From contig JBNJNM010000006.1 in NCBI GenBank assembly GCA_052426225.1, positions 1,922,001 to 1,986,000 on the forward strand: a stretch of 64,000 bases of DNA. Reading direction: 5' to 3'. Source of the DNA: Zancudomyces culisetae HAW-14-8 (Eukaryota > Fungi > Kickxellomycota). Of the stretch, positions 10,590 through 23,389 are shown one piece after another. A program made the translations under genes and the position numbers. Under the pieces are notes generated by a model, which saw only the letters and a program-made list of their open reading frames with translations, made no database searches and was not told the DNA's origin. Numbering within the stretch: the stretch's first letter is position 1; each line of letters opens with the position of its first letter.

Positions 10590-12672
10590 TTCAATCAATC
10601 TTTTCGGAATATTTTGAAAGATCCCGCACTAAATGCGATCGTTTCTTCTTCCTAGAGCTAACCACTAACAATGACAAAATTCAGCTAGTATAATATATAG
10701 TCTCGGTTTATTAAACCTGGACTTCTTTTTATTAATCGAGCACTGTAAAAAGTTGCATTTAACGCTTCAAAAAATACTGACAAAATCCCTACAATTGCCT
10801 ACGCTGTCAATACTCAGTTCATCATCTTCGCCATTTTCGGAAATTGGTTGATCAAGAATCATCGTTGGTTCCTTTGATTCTGCTACAAAATTTAATGTAT
10901 TTCCCTTTTTAGTTTTCCAAGTCTGCGCACCCACAACTTTTTGTAGCTCATCTAACCCAGAACCTTTTTTACTATTTTTATTTAATCTCTTAGGTAAGGT
11001 CAGCTTGAACTTCTTTTTCCTTTTTGTAGGCTTTATTGTTCTAAACTGAGAACTTGCCCCAAGATCGTTTGTGTTATCTGAAAGTAGAAGCTTAGGGCTA
11101 TTCTTTCCCATACCATCAAGTGGTAGGTGAATTAATTCTACACCGCTATAAATACATCTTCCTTTGGTTGATTTTTTAATATTTCTCTGATGACTTGCAT
11201 ATCTATCTAACTTTTTTTTGCGTTTGGTCTTGTTTTCTATATTGCTTCTATTTGTACACAAGCTATGTTTATTAATCTTGTTGAATTCTTTTTGTTTCTG
11301 ATAATAAAAACATACATTTTTATGAGTCCAATGTTCATACTTGTTTCAGCTAAGTGAGTATCCCCATTTATGTTGGAAGGCTTGAAAAAATACTCTTGCT
11401 CAGCTTTTACCCTAGGAGAATTGGTATCATAGGTTGATTCATGCTTTTTCGTTTTTACATTTGTATCTTTTTTTTTTAATATAGCTGTTATGTTGCCTAT
11501 CATGTATATATTTTTATTTAATCGTTAATATAAGGGTAAACTATAATTATTGAGTTTAGACGTTTCAGCTCACGGTTGTTCTCGGATTTGGTTATATGTT
11601 CTGGAATATCTTTTGTAACTGTGGGGACATTATCCTCAATTGCTCTGATAACTGTATAGGTTTAAACTTGTGTTAAAATTAGAAATTCGTGTTAGTGTTT
11701 AAAAGCCAGAATTTATGTTTACCTGTCCTAATATTCTCCTTTGACACATTGCACCTTTTTCTCCGCTCCTTATAGGTGACTTGTGTTACTGAACTGTATT
11801 TATTATTCATAGTTAGTGTATTTTCACTGTATGAAAAAATATATTTTTTAAAACACTTGTATAAATCCATCTTAATATATTGATCTTGAATTTTAGAGTT
11901 GAAGTAGGCCATAATGATAAAATTGCATATGTACAATGCCTTAAACATTATATATATTGATTTTTCTCAAAGTCGATTTGTCTCTTATTTTTTTCAATAC
12001 AATCGTTGTAACTCTCAAATTTGTTTTAAGCGGATAGTAGAATACTATGCTTAAATGCTATCTTTGTTACCTAGTGACAATTTTTTGACATTAGCTAGAT
12101 TTGAATTTGGAACTTCTGGATATTACTTTTGTTATCCAAACCATTGGCATTTATACAATATTGTTCTGAAGTATGCACAAAAATTACATATTAGATAATG
12201 ACAGTATTTTTTTTAATCTTTTTCAATTCGATTTAGTAAAATAGTTATACTTGTGAAATGCAAATCTCAAGTTAGATCGCAGAGTAATGCCTAAACATGT
12301 CAGTTTATGAACTTTTTTTACCTCCACAAAATTATTCAATCTGTAGGTATAACAACTATTGCAAAATAGATATATTTTTTAAACTGATGCCACGGCAGTG
12401 ATTATGGGCATTTACCACTTTCATAGAAATATTAGGGAAAATTTGGCATTAACCTGTTTTGGAGTTCAGCTCACAAACTATGTCTGCCTAAATAAGTACA
12501 TTTAGCCCTATTAGCTTGTGTTACATTTTTTTAGTAATAAACAACGAAATCTCACAACACAGATTTGGGTGAATTATGCACAATCTTTTGATCTAGCGTT
12601 CCAGAGCCAATTGGCCACAAATGTTTTGCTTATTTTTGAGACCTCAGATTGATTTGAACTAAATTCTACCAT
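10590..12672 (-). CDS. Hypothetical multi-exon Lys-rich protein; exon structure unresolved
   Basis: Chain of minus-strand ORFs (10767-11261, 11237-11503, 11679-11948) with splice-like boundaries and a candidate first exon MVEFSSNQSEVSKISKTFVANWLW at 12672. No family recognised. Confidence 0.35.
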
Positions 12673-12787
12673 CTTTTAATGTAAATAAATTCAAGAATTT
12701 AAAACATAGACAAACTAAATCGAGATTTACCTTTAAAACCACGAAAACAGACCTTGCAATTTATACACCGACAATAAACCATAGAGT

Positions 12788-14495
12788 ATGGCAACGAATA
12801 ACAGCAAATTAAATGTACTAATTTCACCAAGTATCGGAAATGATGAACAAGCGGGTAAGTGAAAGTAAAAGTTATACACTCTTATATTTTGGTACTTTAG
12901 CATATACCTCGATTCTTAAAGCAATAAAGGAAGTACTCTTTGCGAAATACTTCATAATAAGAAATACTGTGAATATTTTAGGCCTAAAAGCTTTATACCT
13001 ACCCAAACCTTCTAATGGTAAATTTAACAACAACAATTCTTGTACATGAATTATCTAAATGAATAATATTTCGATTGAATACAATTCTTTTAAAATAAAT
13101 AAACGCATAGGTCAGAAAGCACTAGTATATTATAAAAGTGCCAACAAACAGCTATTACAGACATCCAAGGTTGATTTGACGATGAAACAAAGTTGGTTGA
13201 TTGGAAACAACATGTATAAAGGTATTCCAATCAGTCAATTCCCATACCATTTTAAAGTTTATTAACTTTCTTACTTGAAGTTTAGTTTATTTATAATCCT
13301 GTAACTCGTTTATTACAAGTTACCCCTAAAATATTTTTGTTTTAAATTTCTTAGATGGATCATTCTATATAATGTCGGAGATTGACGAGACATTTATATT
13401 ACTTTGTATTCTAGAAAGTACCTCATTACCGGTAAGCCTATTTATTATAACTATTATTATTGTATTTTTTCACTGAGAATGGGTTATAAACGAAAACTAT
13501 CCATGAATGTATGTATAGTCAAAATATGTCGAATATAGCAGCTTACACTTAGAGGCGAAGTTTCGGGATCAAGAGATAAGCGAGGATGTAAAATATTTTT
13601 TGCAGCTTGAATCGGTTTTGAACGGCTCTATACCAAGGATATGTGATACAGAAGGTGAAATGACATTATAATCCTCTTTTACTTTATTCTATTCTACTAA
13701 ACTCGACTGCTGGGCTTAGTAACCTACTTATATAAGACTAAACATCTGCTTTTTTATGTTGCAGATGTTGGTACTGACTTGTTTGTACGGTTAAATGAAT
13801 CAAAAGTCGGAGACTGGTTAGTAAAAAAGGTACCTTCACAATTATTTTATTGTTACTAGTACATATATTTAATAAATGAGTAAAAATAATAACAGGTCGA
13901 GTGTATTCTGGGAGGTTATAAGGATATCAACTGCTTGGCAAAATCAACTAGAAGCAAGGAATGCTTAATGATGGACGATCACAGATTGATAAATGGTACA
14001 TTTTTTATAAATTTACAGATTGAATCAGATTATTAACTTAAATTAATGTAACATAGGTCTAAGGACATGTGAAGCAATTGCACTGCTGTCGCATTATTTA
14101 ACTCCCAAGTGGCAAGAGTTTCTATTCGATCAATTCAAGTAATAATTTCTCTACTCTATACTATCGGTTAACGTTGACCCATAGGTTGTTTGCTACCAAT
14201 GTTTTTACTTTCTATTTGATTTTAGAACTAAGGAGATGAGGGCAGAAGTCAAAAAAATTGTAGAAAACTCGCTTGGCAGTCATCCTGGTGGCCAGCTTGA
14301 CTTTGCAAGACAGACCAAAATACCAAAGCCCAGCAGTCCCCACACTAACAAGGTAGGCCAGAGCCCATTTTGTGCCCAGTAGCTTGAATTTAACAATATA
14401 TTTATTTGTTGTAGAGTAAACCGAATACTAATACGACCAAAGGCGGTGTATCCGTAATACAAATGCTTTTTAACCCAAGAAATAAAAAAAGCTAA
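12788..14495 (+). CDS. RNASEH2B: Ribonuclease H2 subunit B (Rnh202/RNASEH2B family), about 10 short exons
   Basis: Hand-spliced exons give LYLPKPSNG, QSWLIGN, DGSFYIMSEIDETFILLCIL, RICD..FVRLNESKVGDWLVKK, EAIALLSHYLTPKW and a C-terminal TKGGVSVIQMLF (degenerate PIP-like), in family order. Mostly invisible in the ORF track. Confidence 0.75.
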
Positions 14496-17199
14496 TCTTG
14501 ATTCAGCCTTAAGCCCGACTTGTATTAAAAGGCACATATGCAATTTTGAGGCACTGTTTTGCTACTCAGTATTATTTGTTTCATTCTGTTCCACTTCGCT
14601 CCGGGATGGATAATAATTTTTTTTATTTTCATACTAGATTATATTTAAATCATTCGAATTCAGCATGCTAAAGTGTAGACCTAAATAACATAATTTTGAA
14701 TTCCCACCTCAAATTATGATCTAGCAGTATTGCTACTAAACCACTACATCCTAAAATGAGAGTGTTCTCTTGAAAATTAAATCTACTATGTGTTATATCT
14801 TTTACTGTATACCAAATATCACGCCACTAAATGTGTTTATTAATCCTATTTATCTCAACTTAGCGCTTAGGTCCACATGGTAATGTGGTGAAACTACTTT
14901 TAAGACTTACCACGAGTTCAAAGCGAAAAAAAGGAAAATTGCCACTATTTATTACCAGTAACTTAAAAGGACATAGTAAAAGTAGTTTTTCTAGCCGCTC
15001 TTATATTCGCAGAATATTATTTCTAGAAATTCTACATTATAATTTTCAAGCACACCTGGTGCAATGCCTGCTTTCCTTTTTTCTGTTATCACAATTGTAA
15101 AACGTCAATCGCCATTCCGATAAAGTTCTGTAGGTAGCACAGGGTGATTATGAGTTTATCGTATAGAAAAGTACAAGAACTCTGGCTCATTTAACCATCA
15201 AGGGCATCTTACTTGCCGCTTTCCAATTAGTAAATACCAAATTTAATGCTAAAAAAGGAAACAAACCATTACTGCATCTTTTCCTGACCAGAAAGGTTGT
15301 AATAAAATATGGGCTTTCTTTTTTTTTACCAGCATAAGTTTGGGTCCTTCGAACGAGAATCTGAGTCTAGGTATAATATATCAAGAGATATGCATGGTAA
15401 TATAAGATGGTGAAGAGCAGAACATCGTTTGTAGTACTTTTGTTGCACTTTCTAGAACTTTAGAGCCCACTGACTTTTTTCCTTTTTTTCATACATTCCA
15501 ATAGAGAGCACGATAGCCACATTTATGTTCTCTTGGTTTTTAGGAAAAGCACAATCAATTAAACAACTACGAATCATTAGTTTTCATGCATCCAACCTGC
15601 TTTTATTAAAAAGATACTTACGTTTATAGCTATTTTTAAAATGGGCAGGTATTAAACTACAGCATTTGCGGGATGTTACGAAGAATAGCCCTAGAACTAA
15701 CTATAAAAGCTATTTTGACAAGGATAGTAGACCAACAGTTCTAAAATAGTAATTTTAGTTTGTACACCTATGATGAAATTGGATAAAAGGTTTTCGGCTC
15801 GTAAATCTTTGGGTGAGCCGATAGTTGCAGTGCGAAAAAAAAAGATTTAGCGAAACCTTTAAAAAAATTCCAGACACAGCTTTAAATGTAGGCAAACTAC
15901 ATTTGGTAATTTTTACACGCTAAAACAAGTAATGTTGCTGGCTTTTGCTTATTGATGAGCCTGAAAAATCGGACAAAGTTGACATCCATTTTTCCCTTAT
16001 TACTCCGATTTGTATTTTATATTTTTGACTGCAACCTCTTTTTCAGCAAGAAAAAGCATAATTTTATTTTATTTTTTTGAATTATCCAATTGTCATTAAT
16101 ATATCGAAAGCCCAATTGATGGAGGAATAAAAATACTTGATTAACGGAAAATATATCCTTAAGTAACCTCCTGGTAGCAGAGAAAAAAAACTTTTCCTAA
16201 ATGAGCTTTTAATAGCTGAGGGTTCTGGATATGACTGTGATAAATATAAGAACGCGGAAGCGGTTTTTTCAAGTGGTGTTGATTTGATTGGACTCCCAGA
16301 ACACTTTATTTCAATGCACAATCAATTAATCTTTTTAGGAAGATTTGAAACTACATATCATGAACCGCGTATATCAAATTAAAATAAGTTTATAGGAACA
16401 TGTTAGCACAGTCTCCGATGCATTCGAAGCAAATCAGAGTGCTATTTGAAGAATTCCTATAGGGAAAAAGGTTTAAGTTTTTCTTTCGTTTTACAAAAAC
16501 ACTGGCAATGCAGAATCTTTTTTATCTTAAAAGGGTACTTTTGGGATAAATCACGTTTTTCATTACCAGTATTAGTTCAGCTTTACACATTTTTAGTTGT
16601 AAGATGACTTATTGTAAATTATTAAAAACAAGGTCATTGCATTTTGTTAATAAAATTTTTCCAAGTAGGAAAAAAAGTGGAAAAAACATCGGTTCAACAA
16701 GATGCAGCTTTATGCGATAAGCTGCGTCAAAAGTGATATTAGTTGACAACTACATGCTAATGATACTAGAATAGCGTAGGTTCTATACAAGGTAGGTTTT
16801 GTGTAGAGTGAAACAACGATGTAGGGGTACTATTATTGTGTTTTTTTTCGACAATTTACCTTTCAGTTCATTATTACAATAGAAAATTACTTCAAGACTA
16901 CAAGTATAAATACCAAGAGGTTTGTACACCCCCTTCCTCATAAATCTGAAAGAATACAGTCTGAAAAGCAACTTGAATAAAAGGTAAGAGTGGTTTTTAT
17001 AACAATAACTAACTACTTTTTAATATAGTATTGACTAAAGAAGATACGCAAAGGGTGTAATAAAGGTGTATATTTATTGGAAATACTAAACTAAGTAGAA
17101 AAAGATATTACAAAAGTCAGACACCAAACAAAGGACTGAATAAATAATTATCACTTACAACCCAAGCCAAGAAAGAAGTTATCCCAGTAGTAGCTAAAA

Positions 17200-19029
17200 A
17201 TGCTTGGTAAGTGGATCTGAAAAATTCACAAGCATTGTTTTACAGAAGCAAACATTATCTGATCACATACCATTCACTGTGGTTCCAATAAATGACACTG
17301 ATGTTTTATTCTCATGTGAAAATAAATAGAAAATACTTACCTGTACAATGCCCTGTCAAAGATCGAAAAGGGATTACTTGTATTTGTCGATGTAGACAAA
17401 AACGTTCACAGATTTGGGGACATCAAAAGCTTAAATCTGAAATCTGAGATAACTGTTCTGGACGCTGCCTTCTACACAAGGATTTACGAGCGTGCTGATA
17501 TGGTGGGTATTCTGCTAAAATTACTCCAAAATTGTGTACTAATTTGTCTTAAGATTAGTATTGTTTGGCACACCCATAGTTTAAATTATTAACAATTCGG
17601 CTTTAATACTTTGCAACACATAGGGGTTTGCAGAGTCATACATACTTGAGGAGATCAAAGTTAAGGGACTTGTGAATGTTTTCAGGGTAATCACTTTTTT
17701 TCACTTTTCTTTTTAAAATACAAAGCGTTTTCATACAAGTTAAAGTATACACCAAAAGTGGAGCTCAGCCTATGAAAATTTGTTTGTAAACTCCAAATAG
17801 ATATTTATTGCAAACAGAAAACAAATGGAAAGCATTTTGCAGGGTTCATGGGCCTACTGTCTATACAACCTTTTTACGTTTGGATGGAAGTCATATGGAG
17901 GATTCAAAAACAACATCAGTGCCCATTATGATTTGGGTAATGAATTTTTTTTGTCATTTCTTGACGAAGAAACACATTCATATTCTTCAGCAATATGGAA
18001 AAATCCCAGCGATACACTTGAAGTAGCACAGATAAACAAAGTTGACATGATAATCGAGATGTCAAAGATCACAAAAGATGACTACGTTTTGGATATTGGG
18101 TGTGGCTGGGGATTTTTCATGACGTATGTAAGTGGGCACAGGAATAGTTGACATTTATATTAGCATGTGCAGTTGGTTTTGTTCGCTTGGTCTATTGCTT
18201 TACAAATGTACATTTTGAAAAAGCAAAGACACACCAGCTATTTAATAATTTTACAATACGCTGTATTTAGGCTGCAAGAAAGGTAGGATGCCGCGTTTTG
18301 GGAATAACACTAAGTGTCGAACAAAAGAAGGAAGTAGACAGAAAAATCATGGAGCATGATCTTGCTGAAAAGTGTAAAGTGCAAATAATTGATTACAGAA
18401 ATCTTGACGAAAACACTTACTGCTTTGATAAGATTGTGTCCGTTGAAATGATTGAGCATGTTGGCAACAAGAATCTGGGGTTGTTTTTCAAAAAGTGTGA
18501 TAGGCTTCTCAATAAGGAAAGGGGATGCGTATACATCCAGTCAACTACCATAAATGACGAAAGGTATGAAAAATACACCAGAGAAAATGAATTTATAAGA
18601 GAATATATATTTCCTGGAGTTCACTGTCCCTCTGTTTCATTACTTGTTGGTAAGGCCAACAACGGCTCTGATGGGAGACTGTTCTTGAATGAAGTGCGTA
18701 ATCACCCCATGCACTATGCAAAGACTTTGTACCTATGGAGAAAGAAGCTGAATGAAAATTTTCACAAGATTGAGGGACATCCCTGTATCGCGCCTGAGAT
18801 GATCACCGATATAGAAAAAGCGAGGTCAAGAAATAATGCACAAGAACAGACTTCCAAGCTTAGTGATAAGTCTACGTACAACGGTAATCTCGTTTACAAC
18901 AAGGAGCTTTTGAGAAAGTGGAATTATTATTTTGCATACTGTGAGGCTGGATTCAGAACAAGAAATCTGAGCCTTACTCGAATGGTATTTACACGCACAG
19001 ATACTGATTCAATTGACAGTGAGGTTTGA
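17200..19029 (+). CDS. Cyclopropane-fatty-acyl-phospholipid synthase (CFA/CMAS-family SAM methyltransferase), 5 exons
   Basis: Motifs ADMGFAESY, NISAHYDLGNEFF, YSSA, VLDIGCGWG, GITLSVEQ, FDKIVSVEMIEHVG, FIREYIFPG, HYAKTL, WNYYFAYCEAGF. The start exon ATGCTTG|gtaagt at 17200 is inferred. Confidence 0.9.
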
Positions 19030-19208
19030 TTATGTTCTTTTATATTTTTTTACTTTGATTATGTTTATCGAAACGCTAGTTTACGTTAATAGTTCTTATA
19101 AGGCTGTAATAAATAAAATATTTCAGCATAAAGCTCAAAGATGTGCGAATTCTAAAAAATGATATCAACATCGACAGATAAAGAGAAAAAAATCAAAAAA
19201 ATACACTT

Positions 19209-22133
19209 TCAAAGGAGGTTTATGGGTGTTTCCAACACCGAAATAACCGAATCTACATGAACACTGTCGGTACATATATGATTAGTAACCGACTCTGGGT
19301 TTAAGCTTGAGTTTGGATTCAAATCTGGATTCGTGTTTAAATGCATATATGATCTTTTGGTCGGAGTTACGTATCGTAAATCTACAGTGCTGGATAAAAG
19401 GTGTTTATGAGATGACTTTTGCACCTCTGCTGTGGATCTGTGACGTTTACCCAAAAAGGAAACATTTTCGTAGTGTTTTCGCTGGCTGTTGTCATCGGGT
19501 AGCACTGAAGCTCGGTCACCAAGTGGCTTTGTTGCAGAGTGAAAATTCATCTTTGGCAAACTGGTGCGAGGAGTTCCTGATGCTGTATTCAGTACACCAG
19601 TAGTATTTATGTTTGAAGGTCGCGATATTGACGTAAAAGTCGTTATTGTACTGCTGTTAGCTGTGCTGGCACGAGGAAAAAATACCGTTTCGGGAATTAC
19701 AATACCTCCTGGACGTGGCTGTGGTGTCATTCTCACGATCGATGGTGTACTGTTTATCGACGAAATGGATGTCGTAGAGGAAACCGTAAGGCCTGTCTGT
19801 ATACATTGGTTTGTGGTATCAGCGACCCCAATGTTAGACAGTGGCTTTACTGGTGATATCAGTCCATCCAAAAAACCGCTACAAAGCGGTGTCTCCCTAT
19901 TAGTATTGTTGTTGTGATATTCGTAGAGTGGGGATTCTGGAATGACGCTGAAAAGCTGTAATGATTGGGTATTCTTTATTTCACCAGAATAAAGGCAAAT
20001 ATTTGGTCTGACTTGAGCATCCTTTGGCGTAAAAACGTGACTTGTGTTGCTACTAAGAGAAGACCTGGTCCTTTGAGTGCAAGTAGGAATTAACGACAAC
20101 TCCTGTGTACTGGTATTGACATTCGAGGGCTGAAAGCTAGTGTTGTCAGCTTCCTTGAAATCGGAAAAGATCTCATAGTGTGGGATTCTGTCTCTAGGCG
20201 TAGTAAATCTAGGCTTCTGAGTGTCTGTAGCGTCAGGATGTACGTGTTCATCCAAGTATTTGCGACTATTCATATTTTCAGGTATTGATGCTTTAGTAGA
20301 ATTAAAAGTGCTGTTGTTTTGAGCTATTTTTGGACTTGGTAAAACAGCCGTAAGTATGCCAGAATCTTTCTGGGGAGAACCAATCCTTCGAGCTTCACAA
20401 TTCTTTTCCTGTGAGTTAATGTGTTTTTCAAGAAAACCAATTAGTACTTTATCAAACTGAGTATCGGTGTGTTGTGAATGATAAGGCCAAAGATTTTGTT
20501 TTTCGCAAATGGAGAGAGTTGTATCTGCGTCAAGGTTCTTTTTCAAGCCTGGAGACAATGTATCATTAAAAACTGGTGAGATAATATGATCGGGTTTCTT
20601 TTCAGCAATTGTAGATGTATACTGCAAAAAAAATTGTGGATATTTCCTTTCAGTACCAGGGGCACAAGGTTCGATGGTGCTATTAGATGACAATGATACA
20701 GAGGTAGCTGGCGAGAGAGCCGTTTTTATCTGTGATGGACGGTTACACTGGTTCCCACTATCCGTGTTATCCGGTTGTTCCTCTACCTCGATACAAAGCG
20801 TACCATCCAGAATCAACGGTGTTTCAATGTTAGAGATACATGTGTCTTCGTGGATATTGTGCTGTGTTTGTAAAAATTCGGTTATATTACAACTGTTCTC
20901 CGTATTATTGCGTATAGGGGCAGTAGAATCGCTAACATCTGTTCGAGATTCCTGAGTGGTGCCCAAAAAGGGCTCATCTAACTCTAAGCCTACATGCGGA
21001 CTCTCCTCAAATGTAGAAAGCTCGGTTGCCCAAACACCAGGTGGAAAACTTGTGCTGGAATATCTGCTTATTGTGCTCATTTGACTATATGCATTTGATT
21101 TAAAAGCGCGGTCTGGACTACATGAGATAGCAATATCATCACAGTTGGTATATTGGCTTTGGCTCCCCATACAACTCTGGGTTGTGATTTCGTTCGCGGT
21201 AGCACAAGGGTAATTTATACAGTTGTGATTCGAATGCGAATATTCGGTTAGAAATGAACATTCTGGATCAGGATCAGAGTCCGTATCACCATTCTCGCGA
21301 TTGTCGAGCTCAAAACCAACAGATATACAAGTTGGTTTTAAAGCGTTTTCAAGTTGGTCTAGTATTCGCACTCCGTTATAACTTGCATTATGCTTTGATA
21401 CTGTTGGTTCAAAGCCGTCAGAAACATAGCTTTCCAGAGTGTTTCTGTTGCTTTTTCTGGCTCTTGGGCCCATCTCACCAAAGTTGGATCGTTTTAGTTT
21501 CATGTGGAATGTGCTGCCACTAAAGACATTGTTTAGAACATGCTTAATGATATTTGCTTTTGCATTAAACCATTTTTCACCATGAGACAAAGCATCCGTT
21601 GAAAGTTCACAATAATCCTCAGTCAAATACACTAGCTTCACCCATTCAAAAGCATCCACACCGAAAAGTATTCTTAGATAATTGTCAAAGACAGATATGG
21701 TAGCAATTTTGAAGCTAGATCTTATGTCTGAAGCAGCTGTTGAAAAGTCATTAGAATTATTTGGATTAGATTTACCAGGCAGGATTACGTGAAAAGCAAA
21801 CCGATATTTCCAGTTAAATGATTGTAAAACCGCCTTAAAGGCTTGTGCGGCTTTTATAGGGTCTATATTACCATTTCTACTGTATGTATCTACCAGTTGA
21901 CCACAGTTAACACAATTGATATAATTTATGGTGCTAATTGCTATCTCATGGTCCAAAACGTTGTGTCGAGTCAAGAAGTATTGTTTGATATAATTACAAA
22001 GTTCTACTTTTTTGCAGCATCGTGTACAAGTTGCATAAACCCCAAAGATTGAAGGATCGAAAAAGCCTGACTTTGCATTCGTAGATATTCTAGAAATTAG
22101 AAAATCTCCCTCAATGTATCTATCAGCATTCAT
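19209..22133 (-). CDS. 974-aa protein with an N-terminal RPA1-C-type zinc OB fold and a long disordered S/T-rich tail (DDIAS/noxin-like)
   Basis: Single-exon ORF; VYATCTRCCKKV..CVNCG..WKYRFAFHV..ISVFDNYLRILFGVDA matches the Y-x-x-CxxC..CxxC..YRY-L..VF....FG-A pattern. Confidence 0.65.
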   Translation of the reverse strand: MNADRYIEGDFLISRISTNAKSGFFDPSIFGVYATCTRCCKKVELCNYIKQYFLTRHNVLDHEIAISTINYINCVNCGQLVDTYSRNGNIDPIKAAQAFKAVLQSFNWKYRFAFHVILPGKSNPNNSNDFSTAASDIRSSFKIATISVFDNYLRILFGVDAFEWVKLVYLTEDYCELSTDALSHGEKWFNAKANIIKHVLNNVFSGSTFHMKLKRSNFGEMGPRARKSNRNTLESYVSDGFEPTVSKHNASYNGVRILDQLENALKPTCISVGFELDNRENGDTDSDPDPECSFLTEYSHSNHNCINYPCATANEITTQSCMGSQSQYTNCDDIAISCSPDRAFKSNAYSQMSTISRYSSTSFPPGVWATELSTFEESPHVGLELDEPFLGTTQESRTDVSDSTAPIRNNTENSCNITEFLQTQHNIHEDTCISNIETPLILDGTLCIEVEEQPDNTDSGNQCNRPSQIKTALSPATSVSLSSNSTIEPCAPGTERKYPQFFLQYTSTIAEKKPDHIISPVFNDTLSPGLKKNLDADTTLSICEKQNLWPYHSQHTDTQFDKVLIGFLEKHINSQEKNCEARRIGSPQKDSGILTAVLPSPKIAQNNSTFNSTKASIPENMNSRKYLDEHVHPDATDTQKPRFTTPRDRIPHYEIFSDFKEADNTSFQPSNVNTSTQELSLIPTCTQRTRSSLSSNTSHVFTPKDAQVRPNICLYSGEIKNTQSLQLFSVIPESPLYEYHNNNTNRETPLCSGFLDGLISPVKPLSNIGVADTTNQCIQTGLTVSSTTSISSINSTPSIVRMTPQPRPGGIVIPETVFFPRASTANSSTITTFTSISRPSNINTTGVLNTASGTPRTSLPKMNFHSATKPLGDRASVLPDDNSQRKHYENVSFLGKRHRSTAEVQKSSHKHLLSSTVDLRYVTPTKRSYMHLNTNPDLNPNSSLNPESVTNHICTDSVHVDSVISVLETPINLL

Positions 22134-23389
22134 AGCATGCTTTCATTCCGGATAAATTATGGATTATTCAAAAATACATTGCTAGAGCAAAAGTACAAAA
22201 ATGCTAACCCGAAGAGGGGTTTCGAAATAGAGAGAGGATAATGATATCAGAGTATATTGGACTTTTGGTAGGCGATAATATCTGAACATGAATAATAAAA
22301 TGCGCTGTTTGATAGCTAGTAGAACTGTTGGGCATCGGGACACGTAAAGCTATTGGTTGAAAATGAGTATACTATTTTCAGATGACTAGTCCATTCGCCA
22401 AGTTTATTACCACTTTCTCGAACTCCAATTGAATAATCAATTTTAATTTGCCATCTTTATTTACTCAAAAAAAAGTCCTACTAACCCTAAAAATACAAAC
22501 AAGAGCAAAAAAAGAGAAGTGAAACGAATAAAAATACTACTAACGAGCAGAGAGCGTTGGCCATGTGTACAGATGCAACGTTTTAAGCTGTAAAATACTT
22601 TTACAAATAGGATTTTTTTATGTGCATACCCTGTTGCTACAAATAAATGTCAACAAGAGAAAAAATCCTATACGAACAATTTTACAATGAAACAGCACCT
22701 ATTTATTTACATCTCATAGGTGCTGGGTTTATAACTACTACAGAAGCAGAAGTAGAAAGGCGATGTAATGAGCGCCAATACCGGGGTATATGCATAGAGA
22801 GGTGGTGTGTGACACACTGTAACCATTCAGTTATGCCACCTTTTTCTTCTCTCTCTCCTTCTCTTCCTCCTGCTCCTTTCATTATCTAAAGTTAAGTGCA
22901 GAATAGTACCCATTTAAGCATGGTAATGTAGTTCGAGCTTGGTAGCAAAATTATAGATGGTAAAAGAAGAGGCACATATAAAAATGATTGTGGTTTCTGA
23001 AACACGCCAAAGTGTGTAAAAAAGGTCAAAATGCACAGGGCACTAGCAAAGATTGACAACAAATAATAATTAAACCTGTGCCAAGCTGAATGTGTTTCAG
23101 GGGAATAAACCTTTGGCAAACAAAACTCATTTCAGTCATATGATCAATTTGAAATTGTATCATACCCACTCTAGACATTAATTAACGTGAGAATCTGTTG
23201 TTCTAGACTTAAATAAGATTTACGCATATTAGGGTCAATTTCGAAAAATAAATTAACGCGTTCACAAAAAAAAAGGCATTGCGCTAATAATATAGAGTAA
23301 GACATAGTTAGATAAGCCAAAGTTCGGTTATATATAAGCCATTCTCGCAATAAAATAAGAAAAGAAAAGAAAGGGAAGCGTAGATAAAA

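Noticed and set aside
17333-17343. ATACTTACCTG, identical to the U1 snRNA 5' end
   Set aside because: Lies in a CFA synthase coding exon, with no recognisable U1 stem-loops following.
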